Source: Octopus bimaculoides
Taxonomy: Eukaryota
Assembly: GCF_001194135.2 (NCBI RefSeq)
Contig: NC_068993.1
Span: 22,052,562-22,110,982 of the forward strand
Direction of reading: 5' to 3'
Length of the DNA: 58,421 nt
Shown here piece after piece: positions 11,452 to 23,704 of the stretch. The notes beneath the pieces were generated by a model. It was not told where the DNA came from. It searched no databases and was given only the letters and a program-made list of their open reading frames with translations. A program made the translations under genes and the position numbers. Numbering within the stretch: the first letter of the stretch is position 1; each line of letters starts with the position of its first letter.

Positions 11452-12142
11452 CAGGGTCTGACAAAAGTAACTATATATTTTTATTTCAACATGATAAATG
11501 TAACATAGAAGAAATAAGCTACTACAATACAGAAAGTAACACAGAGTACACTAAAGCTTGTTGCAACATAAAACGTGATGTTTATTAAAGCTCCGTGTGC
11601 TCTCCGTGGAACTCAAATGCACTTTGCTAATCTTTCAGGAATTGAGCGGCATACTTTGGCGCACAGCTCCAACGACACTTGAGCAATGGCAGCTCGAATT
11701 TGTTCCTTAAGTTCAGCAATGTTGCGGGGCTTTGTTGTGTAAACTTTCTCTTTGAGAACGCCCCACAGGAAAAATTCGGGTGGTGTCAAATCCAGCGAAC
11801 GAGACGGCCACTCAAGCACAGGGCAGGTTGGCGTCCAGCCAGTTTCGCACAAGCGTAGCATAATGGGCCGATACTCCGTCCTGCTGAAAGTACAGACCCT
11901 CTGCTCCATTCTGCTGTTGTAATAACGGCAAAAGCAGCTTCTGTAGCATAGCCATTTCAAAACCGCAATCTTTTGTTCTTTTGTTAATCGGGTGGACATA
12001 ATCGATATAACAGTATATCTGAAATAGATGGAGGGGGATATAAGATTTCAGCTTTCAAATGATATATGAAATAGAAAAATTGAATAAGTATCAACAAAGT
12101 TACAAGCAAAAGAAAATATATAGTTACTTATGGCGGACCCTG
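11452..12142 (-). mobile_element. Non-autonomous Tc1/mariner deletion derivative
   Basis: Imperfect ~30 bp TIRs CAGGGTC(T/C)G..AAGTAACTATATATTTT with TA TSD; ORF 11999-11613 fuses the transposase N-terminus to the C-terminal EWPSRSLDLTPPEFFLWGVLKEKVY. Confidence 0.9.
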
Positions 12143-12842
12143 TAGTATCATAATATCATTGTGATGTTGATGAGGCCTAATTGCTTTGAATTGTGCATAA
12201 AATCTTGATCTATGTTATTTATTTCTTTATTTACATTATCTTTTTTATCATAGCCAATTCAACAATAGTCATCAGCACAGTGCTTTGAAAACCTTTTAGC
12301 GTTGAGAAACATTCTGGAACAAAGTAAATGATTTTGTTTCTTGGACAAAAAATTAAAAGGTAGACTTCGAATAGCCATCGACAAGATAGGATCTTAGAAC
12401 TATTCTATCAAAGAGAACGTTATATATTATCCATGAACTGAAACTACACCAATGCACGTATACCTTAATTAAATATCCTTAATAAACGTCTTTGTTTATT
12501 GATTTTTCCACACGATACATTTTCCTGAAAACAATGGAAATCAAAGAGACACAAATAACGACAAAAATAAAAATAACAGTCAGCAACAAAAAACACTTGA
12601 AACGTTAAAAAAGCATGAAGAAGAAAGTAATTAATTGTATTTTAATGCATCTGTTTCTGACGTTCAAATTATCTTTAACGACGTAGTGACTTTTTTACAC
12701 GAAAGCACCGCGACCACAGCTATCATCTTCCATCATATTCACTACCGCCACTAGATACAAATCAACACACACCACTAATATTTACCTGCAACAACAAAAA
12801 CACTTTCTTCCTCTCCACTAACACAACTACCACGACTACTTC

Positions 12843-12908
<66 letters not shown>

Positions 12909-12910
12909 AA
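12843..12910. repeat. (AAC)n(ACT)n microsatellite
   Basis: Direct observation. Confidence 0.9.
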
Positions 12911-13702
12911 CGACCATCACATCTACTAGAAATTCACTTGTATCTTTATCAGCTCCACATCTATCAACCGATAGCAGCAAAATTATTCTAACTAATATGA
13001 CCCAAAATAATACTTCTGCATGAAACACATCCCCAAATCGTTGTAATAAGTACCACAGTTAGAGCCTTCAAGATACATGAATCCATCAATCTTTGCATTA
13101 TATATATATATATATATATAAGAGGGAGAGGGAGAGAAATGTGTGTAATTGTATTTATATATACAAATATAAATATTACGTAACATATACTTATACAATA
13201 AATCATGATGTATATACACAAATGTATATATGTATTTATATATATAAGCATAAATATTACATTGTTTGTATATATATATATATATATATATATAATATGT
13301 CATACAGGTATATATAGAAATGCAGATATGTAACTATATACACATGCATAATTATATATAGTATATACATTTATGTCATATTCATGTATATGTACAAATA
13401 TGTGTATATACACAAGCATATATTTAAATAAAATATATACCCATATCCAGCCTCATCTTCGAATGATTCCCTATGATTTTCTGGCATTTATTTGGTGATA
13501 TGTTGCGCACAATACTACTTTGATTTTTTATATGTACTATGTATGTATGTATGTATATATCTATCTATCTACCTGTCCATACATATATGTATGTGTGTGT
13601 GTGTGTGTTAGTGTGTATGTGTGTGCGTGTATGTGTGTGTGTATACATACATACATACATACATTCATACATACATACATACATACCACATACACACACA
13701 TG

Positions 13703-13782
13703 TGGAATTTGAACTCAGAATGTAAAGACGGACGAAGCTTCTTGCCCGGTGTACTATCGATTCTGACAGCTCGCCGCCTTAT
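13703..13782 (-). mobile_element. SINE 5' fragment
   Basis: GGAATTTGAACTCAGAA..GACAGCTCGCCGCC is the reverse complement of the SINE head. Confidence 0.8.
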
Positions 13783-13795
13783 TCAAAAAAAAAAT

Positions 13796-13830
13796 AATAA
13801 TAATGATAATAATAATAATAATAATAATAA

Positions 13831-13861
<31 letters not shown>

Positions 13862-13955
13862 AAGAAGAAGAAGAAGAAGAAGAAGAAGAAGAAGAAGAAG
13901 AAGAAGAAGAAGAAGAAGAAGAAGAAGAAGAAGAAGAAGAAGAAGAAGAAGAAGA
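13796..13955. repeat. (AAT)n(AAG)n microsatellite
   Basis: Direct observation; explains the poly-K/R/E/F/L/S ORFs. Confidence 0.95.
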
Positions 13956-14510
13956 ATGATAATAAGAAGAAACATTGGAATTTGGGCAACAATAATGCAA
14001 TTTTCAAAGATGGTTTAGTCGTTTTCAGCTGTTACTTTATGTTATTGACCCAAAATGATGAATGGCTACGTTGACCTCAGCGGCTTTTGCACTTAGAATG
14101 TAAACAGTCGGAGCATTTCACCTGACGCTTTAATTATTCTGCCAATCCAACAACAACAATAATACCAGCAACAATAATAATGATCACTTCTAATACGTTG
14201 AATAATTGGTGGTTTAATCGAATAAATTGACCCCAGTTTCGGAACAGAGAGGAGTAATTAGCAAGTTGACGTCACCGTGATTTGAAATAAGAGCACACAG
14301 AGCCATAACACTGTGGGATATTCTCCCCGGAGCACTAACGATTTTGTCATTCCAAATAATATCAAATATTCGATCAGACAAACAATAATAAAATACACGG
14401 CAACTGAAGACTTTCTGTGACGATGCTAGAAATCCAAGCTTAAAGCGATGTTTCTTATCTTTTTGATATTGCTGTAAAGAGAAACATGGGGTGATGCAAA
14501 TATTTATAAA

Positions 14511-14710
14511 CCTTTCGACTATAGGCGCAAGGCTTGAGACTTCGGAAGAGGGGACTTAGTCGATAACATCGACCGTAGTGTTTCAATGGTGCTTAATTTA
14601 TCGACCCCGAAAGGATGAAAGGCAAAATCGAGCTCGGTGGAATTTGAACTCAGAACATAACCGCTAAGCATTTCGCCCGGCGTGCTAAAGTTTCTGCAAG
14701 CTCGCCAACT
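14511..14710 (-). mobile_element. tRNA-derived SINE (main family)
   Basis: Near full-length reverse-complement match including B-box and 3' GCCTATAGT end. Confidence 0.88.
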
Positions 14711-15007
14711 CAGTCTTAATAATAGGAGTAATGTTAATTTTATCGATAAATATCACAATAACAAAATGGGTACTAACATTCTCTGTTGCCATATTTCTGC
14801 ATTGACAGTATATCTACCATTAGGGTAACAGGAATTACATAATAACTCAACAAAAAGTAATCAAATGCTGCATACCATCAGCAGACTAAAATACCTGCAA
14901 CACTCTGGAGTATTTCTCATGAATTACTGACTTTCATTTTAAGTCCGACAGAATGATAGATGCTATCACATAATTACAATACCAACAATACGTGCAATAT
15001 AATTATT

Positions 15008-15153
15008 GATTTCAGATTTTGGCACGAGGCTAGCAATTTTGGGAAAGGGCGTAAGTAGATTTCACTGTTCCCAGTACTCAAATGATACACATTTTATCGA
15101 TCCCGGAAGGATGAGGGGCAAAGTCCACCTCGGCGGAATTTGAACTCAGAATG
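15008..15153 (-). mobile_element. SINE (main family), head lost in gap
   Basis: TTTATCGATCCCGGAAGGATGA..CCTCGGCGGAATTTGAACTCAG. Confidence 0.82.
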
Positions 15154-15338
15154 TGAGTATATATATGTATATATATATATATATACATATATANNNNNNN
15201 NNNNNNNNNNNNNNNNNNNNNNNNNNNNNNNNNNNNNNNNNNNNNNNNNNNNNNNNNNNNNNNNNNNNNNNNNNNNNNNNNNNNNNNNNNNNNNNNNNNN
15301 NNNNNNNNNNNNNNNNNNNNNNNNNNNNNNNNNNNNNN

Positions 15339-15370
<32 letters not shown>

Positions 15371-18300
15371 AATGAAATATTCAAACACTGAGATTTGAAG
15401 TTAGATGTCACTACTATTCATATCATCTGTGGATAAATTCAAAATTTGATGATATCACCAGTAGTAGCATTGGTGGAACGCAGTTATGATAGCTTTAAGG
15501 AGCTATGAAATATCGTAATGATGCTTAATGAGCATCTACCTGCTAGAAATAAGAGCCAAGTCTTAAATAATCCACCGTAGCGCACCAATATAACAGAGAA
15601 AAAGAGTATGCGAGGAAAACAGACCGAATTAAAACATTTAACAGCACAAATAAAAATAATATGCAATTACGGATATCCACAAACCAGAAGCTGACACACG
15701 GTTCCAAAAGCATAGAATTAGCTACACGTATTTCTGGCTGACACTTATACAATACACTATCTTGGTTTCTCTCTCATCTTCAAAATTTGTTTTTAATTAC
15801 CTCTCACCGTCCCTCTGCAGCTTTCAAATCATCTAGCTACTGACTAATCAAAATTACTCGCCCTCTATTTACATACTATGCAATACTTTTCCAACCACCC
15901 CAGAAACGCTATGGCAGTTCAAGTCAGTTAACTGCTCAGCTATTTTTCTATGTAACCCATGCAAAAGCATTTCAAGTAGTTATCTAACACTACGCAGATG
16001 ACCAAATCTCATAACCTAAATAGATCACCTCTAGCAAAAGTATATGCTAAAAACACTGCTTGTAATGCGTAAATGAAGTCTTACATCTCTACAAATTGGA
16101 TTGCTGTTACTCATAACCGTGACTCATACGAGATTATATTCCGTAGTGGAACAGATTACTTCGTACTAACTCTCCCAAATTACAGCCAATTCTCCTGGTG
16201 ATACCAAAATGTTTGCAAGCAACTGAATTATTTTATACACTATCATCAACCATGCTAGCTCCGGAAGCTGTACTGCTGCAAAGAAAGCTTCCAAAGTTAG
16301 CTAACTGATTTTCAACTAGCTACTTTTCGCAAGGTTTTGGAAAGCCCTATCAACATCTACCATTAATCTCATAACAATGTGAATTTGTATACAGCAAGTG
16401 TAGAATTCTTCCTAAGCAATCAGGATCATCTATTGACATGAATCTTGTACAAAATGAATGAGATATAATTAAGAAAATTCGTGAGTGTAATGTTTTTAAG
16501 ATACCTAAAATTACATGGGAGTTTTGGACAAAGAGAAAACAAGACATTACGGTAAACATTTTTACGAAGAAATCCCTAACTATATTGCGGCTGTATCAGA
16601 GGCAAACAAGAGCCATAACAATTAGTAAATAATACCACATTAGTATTTATGCTTTCTTTTTTTACACAGTACTCTATCTGCATATTTTTATTTACAAAAT
16701 ACATGTTTTGATTCTCATGAATAACTTTAATTATTAGAATAATGGTTTCCCTTTTTTTTTTTTTTTTCGTTGTAGTCAGATTTGGGGCAGAACTGTACAC
16801 ACGCAGATGCGCATGCGCTCTTTCATACACACATACAAACATGTATACGTTCGACTGAACTCTAAAAGAGGTACGCCAGCATAGCCACAGTGCAATAGCT
16901 GAAGTCAATAGATGATTGCAAGAAAATACAAGAGTTACGGAACTGCATTTAATTAGTGTACTGGTTGGCGTGTGAACATTGTCTTCTGGACAATATTTTC
17001 CCAAAGATGATAATAATCATGTGGTTGTTTGTAGTATGGTTATTTTTGTATCGAATACCTGGAATAAACTAAAGGAATTTGTCACGCATACAACCTGCGT
17101 TAATACAGACTTGGTGATGTACGTGAGAAAATATATTTTGCGGATAGTGTTATCTTCAGCTGTCGTTCAAAAATATTTCTATTGTTATAAAACCAAAACA
17201 AAAACAACAAAGAACAATATTTAATTTGTTTATTCATGAATAAATAAATAAGTGGATAAATAATAGTTGCTGCTTGTTTTGTTTTTCTTCCTCATCTAAA
17301 CTAACTTTCAGGACACCTTAGATGTCTGTATTTCATATCTCTTGACTATGTCCTTTGAAAAATATCATATTTTTACTAAAATTTCGACAAACACGTACAT
17401 ATATAGACATATCATATATGTATATAACTGTGTATATGTAACTGTCTGTGTGTCGGTGAATGCGCACGGGCACACGCACAAACACTCACACATACATAGA
17501 TATGTGCCTGTCTATGCGCATATGTATGCATTTATTATATTTATTATATAACACACACGTGTATATATATTATACAAATATAAACATATAATATATTGAA
17601 ATTAATTAAACATGAATACATATATATTTATGTTTATATACATATATACGTACATATTTATGTATGTATACAAGAATATATATATNNNNNNNNNNNNNNN
17701 NNNNNNNNNNNNNNNNNNNNNNNNNNNNNNNNNNNNNNNNNNNNNNNNNNNNNNNNNNNNNNNNNNNNNNNNNNNNNNNNNNNNNNNNNNNNNNNNNNNN
17801 NNNNNNNNNNNNNNNNNNNNNNNNNNNNNNNNNNNNNNNNNNNNNNNNNNNNNNNNNNNNNNNNNNNNNNNNNNNNNNNNNNNNNNNNNNNNNNNNNNNN
17901 NNNNNNNNNNNNNNNNNNNNNNNNNNNNNNNNNATATACATATATATATATACGTACATATATATATACATACATATATATATGATAATATATAATATAA
18001 CAAAATCTGCACACCACTTCAAACAATGTATGCATAAACATATACACACACACTCACACATATGTACGCATATTTGTATATGTAGATATATGTATATATA
18101 TATATATATATATATGACATACATATACAAACTTATTCAAACGTATATCTTTACATATGCAAATAGTAGGTGGTGGTGGTGTTGGTGTGTGTGTGTGTGT
18201 TTATGTATTCCTGTGTTTGTGTAGAACTTCTAATGCATTTAAATTAAAATATAAAAAAGAACAATTTTGGCAAAGTGACATTTTATATTGTTCAATTAAC

Positions 18301-18997
18301 AAACAGTATGAGCGCACCATTGTTAAATATATATGACGTTGATACCATATTGCATAATATATTGTTCTTTCTATTGTTATTGTTACATTGTTACTATTGG
18401 TATTGTTGGTAGTTGTAATAGTAGTATTGTTCTTGCCATTGTTATATCCTTTTGGATATTTGGTTATATTAGAAACAGTTTGGTTGGCAGAGGGAGGAAA
18501 TCAGGTAAGCCTCTAAGTTTGTAGCTATATAACTAAAAAGTGTTGAGAAAGACAAAAGATTAGACAAGTTAGTGATAGATACGAGCGTAATGAATCAAAA
18601 CAGAGAGGGAGAGAGAAGGAGAGAGAGAGAGAAAGAGAGAGAGAGATAGATGGAAAGAGAGAGAGAGAGAGGGAGAGAGAGAGGGAGAGAGAGAGAGAGA
18701 GAGAGATAAAGAAGGAAAAAAGAGGAAGGACAGATTTATAAATATTTAATTTCAGAGAAAATTATCCAAGCTAAAACACGTTTCTTTCAACCAGAACATT
18801 TTAATAATCTCTTATTAAATGAACTGATTTTTTTTTCTTTTGTTTTTGATTTGTTTTATACGTACCTTTGTTTTGTATAGTGAGTCTACGATGTCTACGT
18901 GTGTATTTATTCGTCTAAACTTATTTCAACTGTCCTCTTGGCGTTTTGTCTATTTTAACTCATAAACTAATCCTCTGTCTATCTGATGCCAGTGTTA

Positions 18998-19222
18998 GTT
19001 ACGAGGGGGCAGAATCATTAGCACGTCGGGCAAAATGCTTAACGACATTTCGTCCGTCTTTACGCCCTGAGTTCAAATTCCACCGACGTCGATTTGCTTT
19101 TCATTCTTTCGGAATCGATAAAATAAGTACTAGTAAACCATTGGGAGTTATTGTAATCGACTAACAACTCCCAAACACCCAACACCTCCACCCCAAATTG
19201 ATAGGCTTGTGCCAATATTTCG
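18998..19222 (+). mobile_element. tRNA-derived SINE (main family)
   Basis: GCAGAATCATTAGCACGTCGGGCAAAATGCTT..GAGTTCAAATTCC. Confidence 0.87.
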
Positions 19223-19231
19223 GATCTATCA

Positions 19232-19452
19232 CAGGCGGCAACCTAGCTGAATCGTTAGCACGCCGGGCAAAAATATGTAGCGGCATTTCGTATGTCTTTC
19301 CGTCCTAAGTTGAAACTCCCTCGAGGACCACTTTGCCTTTCATTCTTTCGGAGCCGATAAATTAAGTACCATTTGAGCTCAGGAATCGATAGAATCAACA
19401 ATTTTTTTCCCCCCGAAATTGCGGGGCTTTTGCCAAACTTTGAATGGAATAT
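19232..19452 (+). mobile_element. tRNA-derived SINE, tandem with the previous copy
   Basis: GGCGGCAACCTAGCTGAATCGTTAGCACGCCGGGC..TTTGCCTTTCATTCTTTCGG. Confidence 0.87.
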
Positions 19453-19924
19453 TTCTTTTCTTCCAACCATGTCAATCAACAATATTCTCCTTTGTCCTCT
19501 CTTTATCGACTTTCTTTTCTCTAATTTTCCCTATCCCATGCACATACAAGCATGCACACACACACACANNNNNNNNNNNNNNNNNNNNNNNNNNNNNNNN
19601 NNNNNNNNNNNNNNNNNNNNNNNNNNNNNNNNNNNNNNNNNNNNNNNNNNNNNNNNNNNNNNNNNNNNNNNNNNNNNNNNNNNNNNNNNNNNNNNNNNNN
19701 NNNNNNNNNNNNNNNNNNNNNNNNNNNNNNNNNNNNNNNNNNNNNNNNNNNNNNNNNNNNNNNNNNNNNNNNNNNNNNNNNNNNNNNNNNNNNNNNNNNN
19801 NNNNNNNNNNNNNNNNNNNNNNNNNNNNNNNNNNNNNNNNNNNNNNNNNNNNNNNNNNNNNNNNNNNNNNNNNNNNNNNNNNNNNNNNNNNNNNNNNNNN
19901 NNNNNNNNNNNNNNNNNNNNNNNN

Positions 19925-20007
<83 letters not shown>

Positions 20008-20008
<1 letters not shown>

Positions 20009-20802
20009 TGAGTCACCCCATAAATGGTGCGGTTATTTTTCAATTGCATAAACTACCTGCATCAACTTGCTATAAAAGCAGGTCGTAATTTTCCCTTGTA
20101 CTTATTCTAAGTACAAGTTTTGAAGAGTGCAGTTCGATTTCAAGTTATTCTTTGAAAGCTATAATGGAAATGCCAAAGGAGCATATTCAGCATATTTTGC
20201 GATGAATATTAATGCAGCATATGGGAATTGGACAATAAGCATAAACCAGAAGATGCGCCTCGTCCTGGAAGATCTATAGAGCTGAACGAGGACATCTTGC
20301 AAACGCTGATGGAAGGCAATCCCATCGTAACTGTTTAAGAACTAACAGAGGCGCTTGGATTTGGACATTCAACCATTCACCGACACCTGCACCTGAAGAA
20401 AAATGACTACCTTTGGTTCCAAGACGAAATGTGTTCTGCCATCACGATAACGCTCAGCCACATACAGCGAGGATGACATTCCCATGGCTGGAGCAGTTTT
20501 AAAGGAAACGATGCCCCATCCATCATATTTGTAGGACATTGCCCTATCTGATTATCATTTATTCTGCAGTCTTCAAAATCATTTGGACGGAAAAAATATG
20601 AATTCTGTAGACTAGGTGAGAACAGTAGTGGAGGAGTATTTTTTGTCACGGTTCAGTGAATTTTGAAAGAGGGGCTTCGCAAGTCTGCCACATAGATAGA
20701 AGAGCATTGTAGAAAAGGAAGGAGAGTATATTTTAGATTAAAAATGAACTTTCTGAAAATAAAAGAAATATAAAAAACCGCAATATTTATGGGATGACCT
20801 AA
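20008..20802 (+). mobile_element. Mos1-like mariner, internally deleted pseudogene
   Basis: Imperfect TIRs TTGAGTCACCCCATAAAT / reverse complement TTAGGTCATCCCATAAAT in TA-rich DNA; MEMPKEHI, EDAPRPGR, HHDNAQPH and HPSYL*DIALSDYHLF motifs. Confidence 0.9.
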
Positions 20803-21546
20803 TTTATATATATACATATATATATANNNNNNNNNNNNNNNNNNNNNNNNNNNNNNNNNNNNNNNNNNNNNNNNNNNNNNNNNNNNNNNNNNNNNNNNNN
20901 NNNNNNNNNNNNNNNNNNNNNNNNNNNNNNNNNNNNNNNNNNNNNNNNNNNNNNNNNNNNNNNNNNNNNNNNNNNNNNNNNNNNNNNNNNNNNNNNNNNN
21001 NNNNNNNNNNNNNNNNNNNNNNNNNNNNNNNNNNNNNNNNNNNNNNNNNNNNNNNNNNNNNNNNNNNNNNNNNNNNNNNNNNNNNNNNNNNNNNNNNNNN
21101 NNNNNNNNNNNNNNNNNNNNNNNNNNNNNNNNNNNNNNNNNNNNNNNNNNNNNNNNNNNNNNNNNNNNNNNNNNNNNNNNNNNNNNNNNNNNNNNNNNNN
21201 NNNNNNNNNNNNNNNNNNNNNNNNNNNNNNNNNNNNNNNNNNNNNNNNNNNNNNNNNNNNNNNNNNNNNNNNNNNNNNNNNNNNNNNNNNNNNNNNNNNN
21301 NNNNNNNNNNNNNNNNNNNNNNNNNNNNNNNNNNNNNNNNNNNNNNNNNNNNNNNNNNNNNNNNNNNNNNNNNNNNNNNNNNNNNNNNNNNNNNNNNNNN
21401 NNNNNNNNNNNNNNNNNNNNNNNNNNNNNNNNNNNNNNNNNNNNNNNNNNNNNNNNNNNNNNNATTCATGGATTCCAACAGGCTGCTCTTCTTATTCAAG
21501 TAGAAATCGCAATTATATTTTTAAATCAAGTCACATACCCATTAAA

Positions 21547-21557
21547 TAATAATAATG

Positions 21558-21606
<49 letters not shown>

Positions 21607-21870
21607 TGACGATGATGATGATGAAGATGATGATGATGATGATTATGATGATGATGATGATGATGATGATGATGTTCATGATCATGATGACGATGATAGA
21701 GATGATAATAATTTCAATTAAGCAAACACGCCATTGCGTCCTTGTGGCAAATGAATTGAAACACCTCTTCTTCTTCTTCTTCTTCTTCTTCTTCTTCTTC
21801 TTCTTCTTCTTCTTCTTCTTCTTCTTCTCCTCCTCCTCCTCCTCCTCCTCCTCCTTCTCCTCCTCCTTTT
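21547..21870. repeat. Compound (TAA)n/(GAT)n/(TTC)n/(TCC)n microsatellites
   Basis: Direct observation. Confidence 0.93.
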
Positions 21871-22689
21871 ACTCCTTCTTCCTCTAAATAACATTAAAAT
21901 TTAGCTTTATAGGTCAATACATTGAAAAGAAGTTATTCGAAATTGAAAATAACAATAGTACGTTCCACTCTGTCCATCCATATATCCTCCCGACCATATA
22001 AAGTCTTCTCAGCCTTACTTTAACTCCTTACTCAATGTGAGTGCATATCTCATTTCAAATATTAAAATATATACAGAATAAAGTGTACAGCGTACAAAGA
22101 GTTAGACTACAACTATATGCATAACATCGGAATACAAACAAAAGACATACGCATTAATGTTGAAAACAGAGATATAAATATTAAGACCAATTAAACAAAA
22201 CTATAGGAATGCCATTCCCAACAAATATTTCTAGAACTATACAAATCATTACCACGATGAAACAACAGATCGCCATCAACAAGGAAGTTTGTAGCTCAAA
22301 GGCCTCGACCCACAACATTTTATCTTTGTCAGTTAAAAATACATTTGTGGAATCATAAAGCTAAGCATAAGTAATCATCATAATTAGAACTTTAGCAATA
22401 TTTTATCGTTAGGTGTAAATTTGACGTCAGACAGCTCTCGGTTCATCTATACTATAATGAAGAAAGTTGCTTATTAATTAGGTATGTAACAGTTACCAAA
22501 ATTACTAAAGGAAAGGAATTATTAAAGGGTTGACCGACTGGAAATATTTTTATAAATTATTGTTCTAAAAAATTTCCTATAATTACGATTTCTCAAGTTC
22601 ATTGAATTTTTGAACTCCACCCCTTTGCAAATTTAGATATTCATTACATTCACAGCGTCTAGTTCTTCACAAATTAAAATATTCCTTAC

Positions 22690-22781
22690 TCGGACTACGG
22701 AGTATTCCATTTTCTTTTACAAAGTCTCTCGCTTTCTCTTTCAATGTTTTCATCTCAAGATTTAATTCGCTATTTGGAAAA
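22690..22781 (-). CDS. Coding exon of unidentified minus-strand gene (FPNSELNLEMKTLKEKARDFVKENGILRSP)
   Basis: 92 nt, ctgtcag acceptor, gtaagg donor, open frame, phase 2->1, compatible with the upstream exon. Confidence 0.68.
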
Positions 22782-23655
22782 CTGACAGTATATTCTATTA
22801 TTGTATACGTAATGTAAAAAAAAATGATTAAAAAGAGAGATTATGACTGTGATAAAATAATGAAAGCAATATTTACTAAGCAAGTGAGCACTATTATACA
22901 AATAAATAATTAGACGTAAAATATCATAAAAATTACTAGAATTGGGAGTCAAATGTGAAAATACTACCAAGTGCCTAGCGTAAAACCGCCCGGAGGGTGG
23001 TCTCTCAGTTAGTCAGTATTAATTATGCTTATACGTATATGTATATGCTGCTGTATGTGAGTGTGTTTGTGTATTTGTGCGTATGTGTGTGTGTGTGTAT
23101 GCGTGCGTGTGCGTGTTTGCATGCGTGTGCGTGCGTGTGTGTGCGTGCGTGTGTGCACATATGTGTGCCTGTGTTTGTACGTATGTCTGTAAATTATCTG
23201 AGTGTGTATATGTGTATGTCCATGTATACTAAAACTAGGTAAATAAATCGGGAGCCAGCTAAAAGCAAAGTATTTCGTTGGTGATTGTCCAATCTTTGGC
23301 CTCCCTTTCTCCTAAACTGCAATGCAAATCCGTTTGTGACCGACTTGCTTACTTTGCTTAAATTATACCAAATGTATAAACTCTAACTCCACTCAAGCAC
23401 ACCTCTTAGATAGATCAGTTAAGAATGTATCTTGACTTTTATATTTTGTAATCAGCATTAGCGCATACTATGTTCATTATAGTTGTTAAGTATGCAAAAT
23501 CTCTTAACTTGCACATACCGAATGAAGTCTGTGCGTCGTTTCTAAAGATGGTTTTTCGAAAAAAGCGGCATGCTTCTCAAGCATGACCAACTATTTCGAG
23601 AATTCTGATCCATCGTCAAAGGCAATGACCAAACAGTTTTTAATTGTGTGTGTGT

Positions 23656-23704
<49 letters not shown>

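Noticed and set aside
13520-14074. 184 aa ORF with poly-N and poly-K
   Set aside because: (AAT)n(AAG)n microsatellite
15390-16400. Non-repeat stretch with several AGCT/TAGCTA motifs
   Set aside because: No periodicity, ORF or structure found
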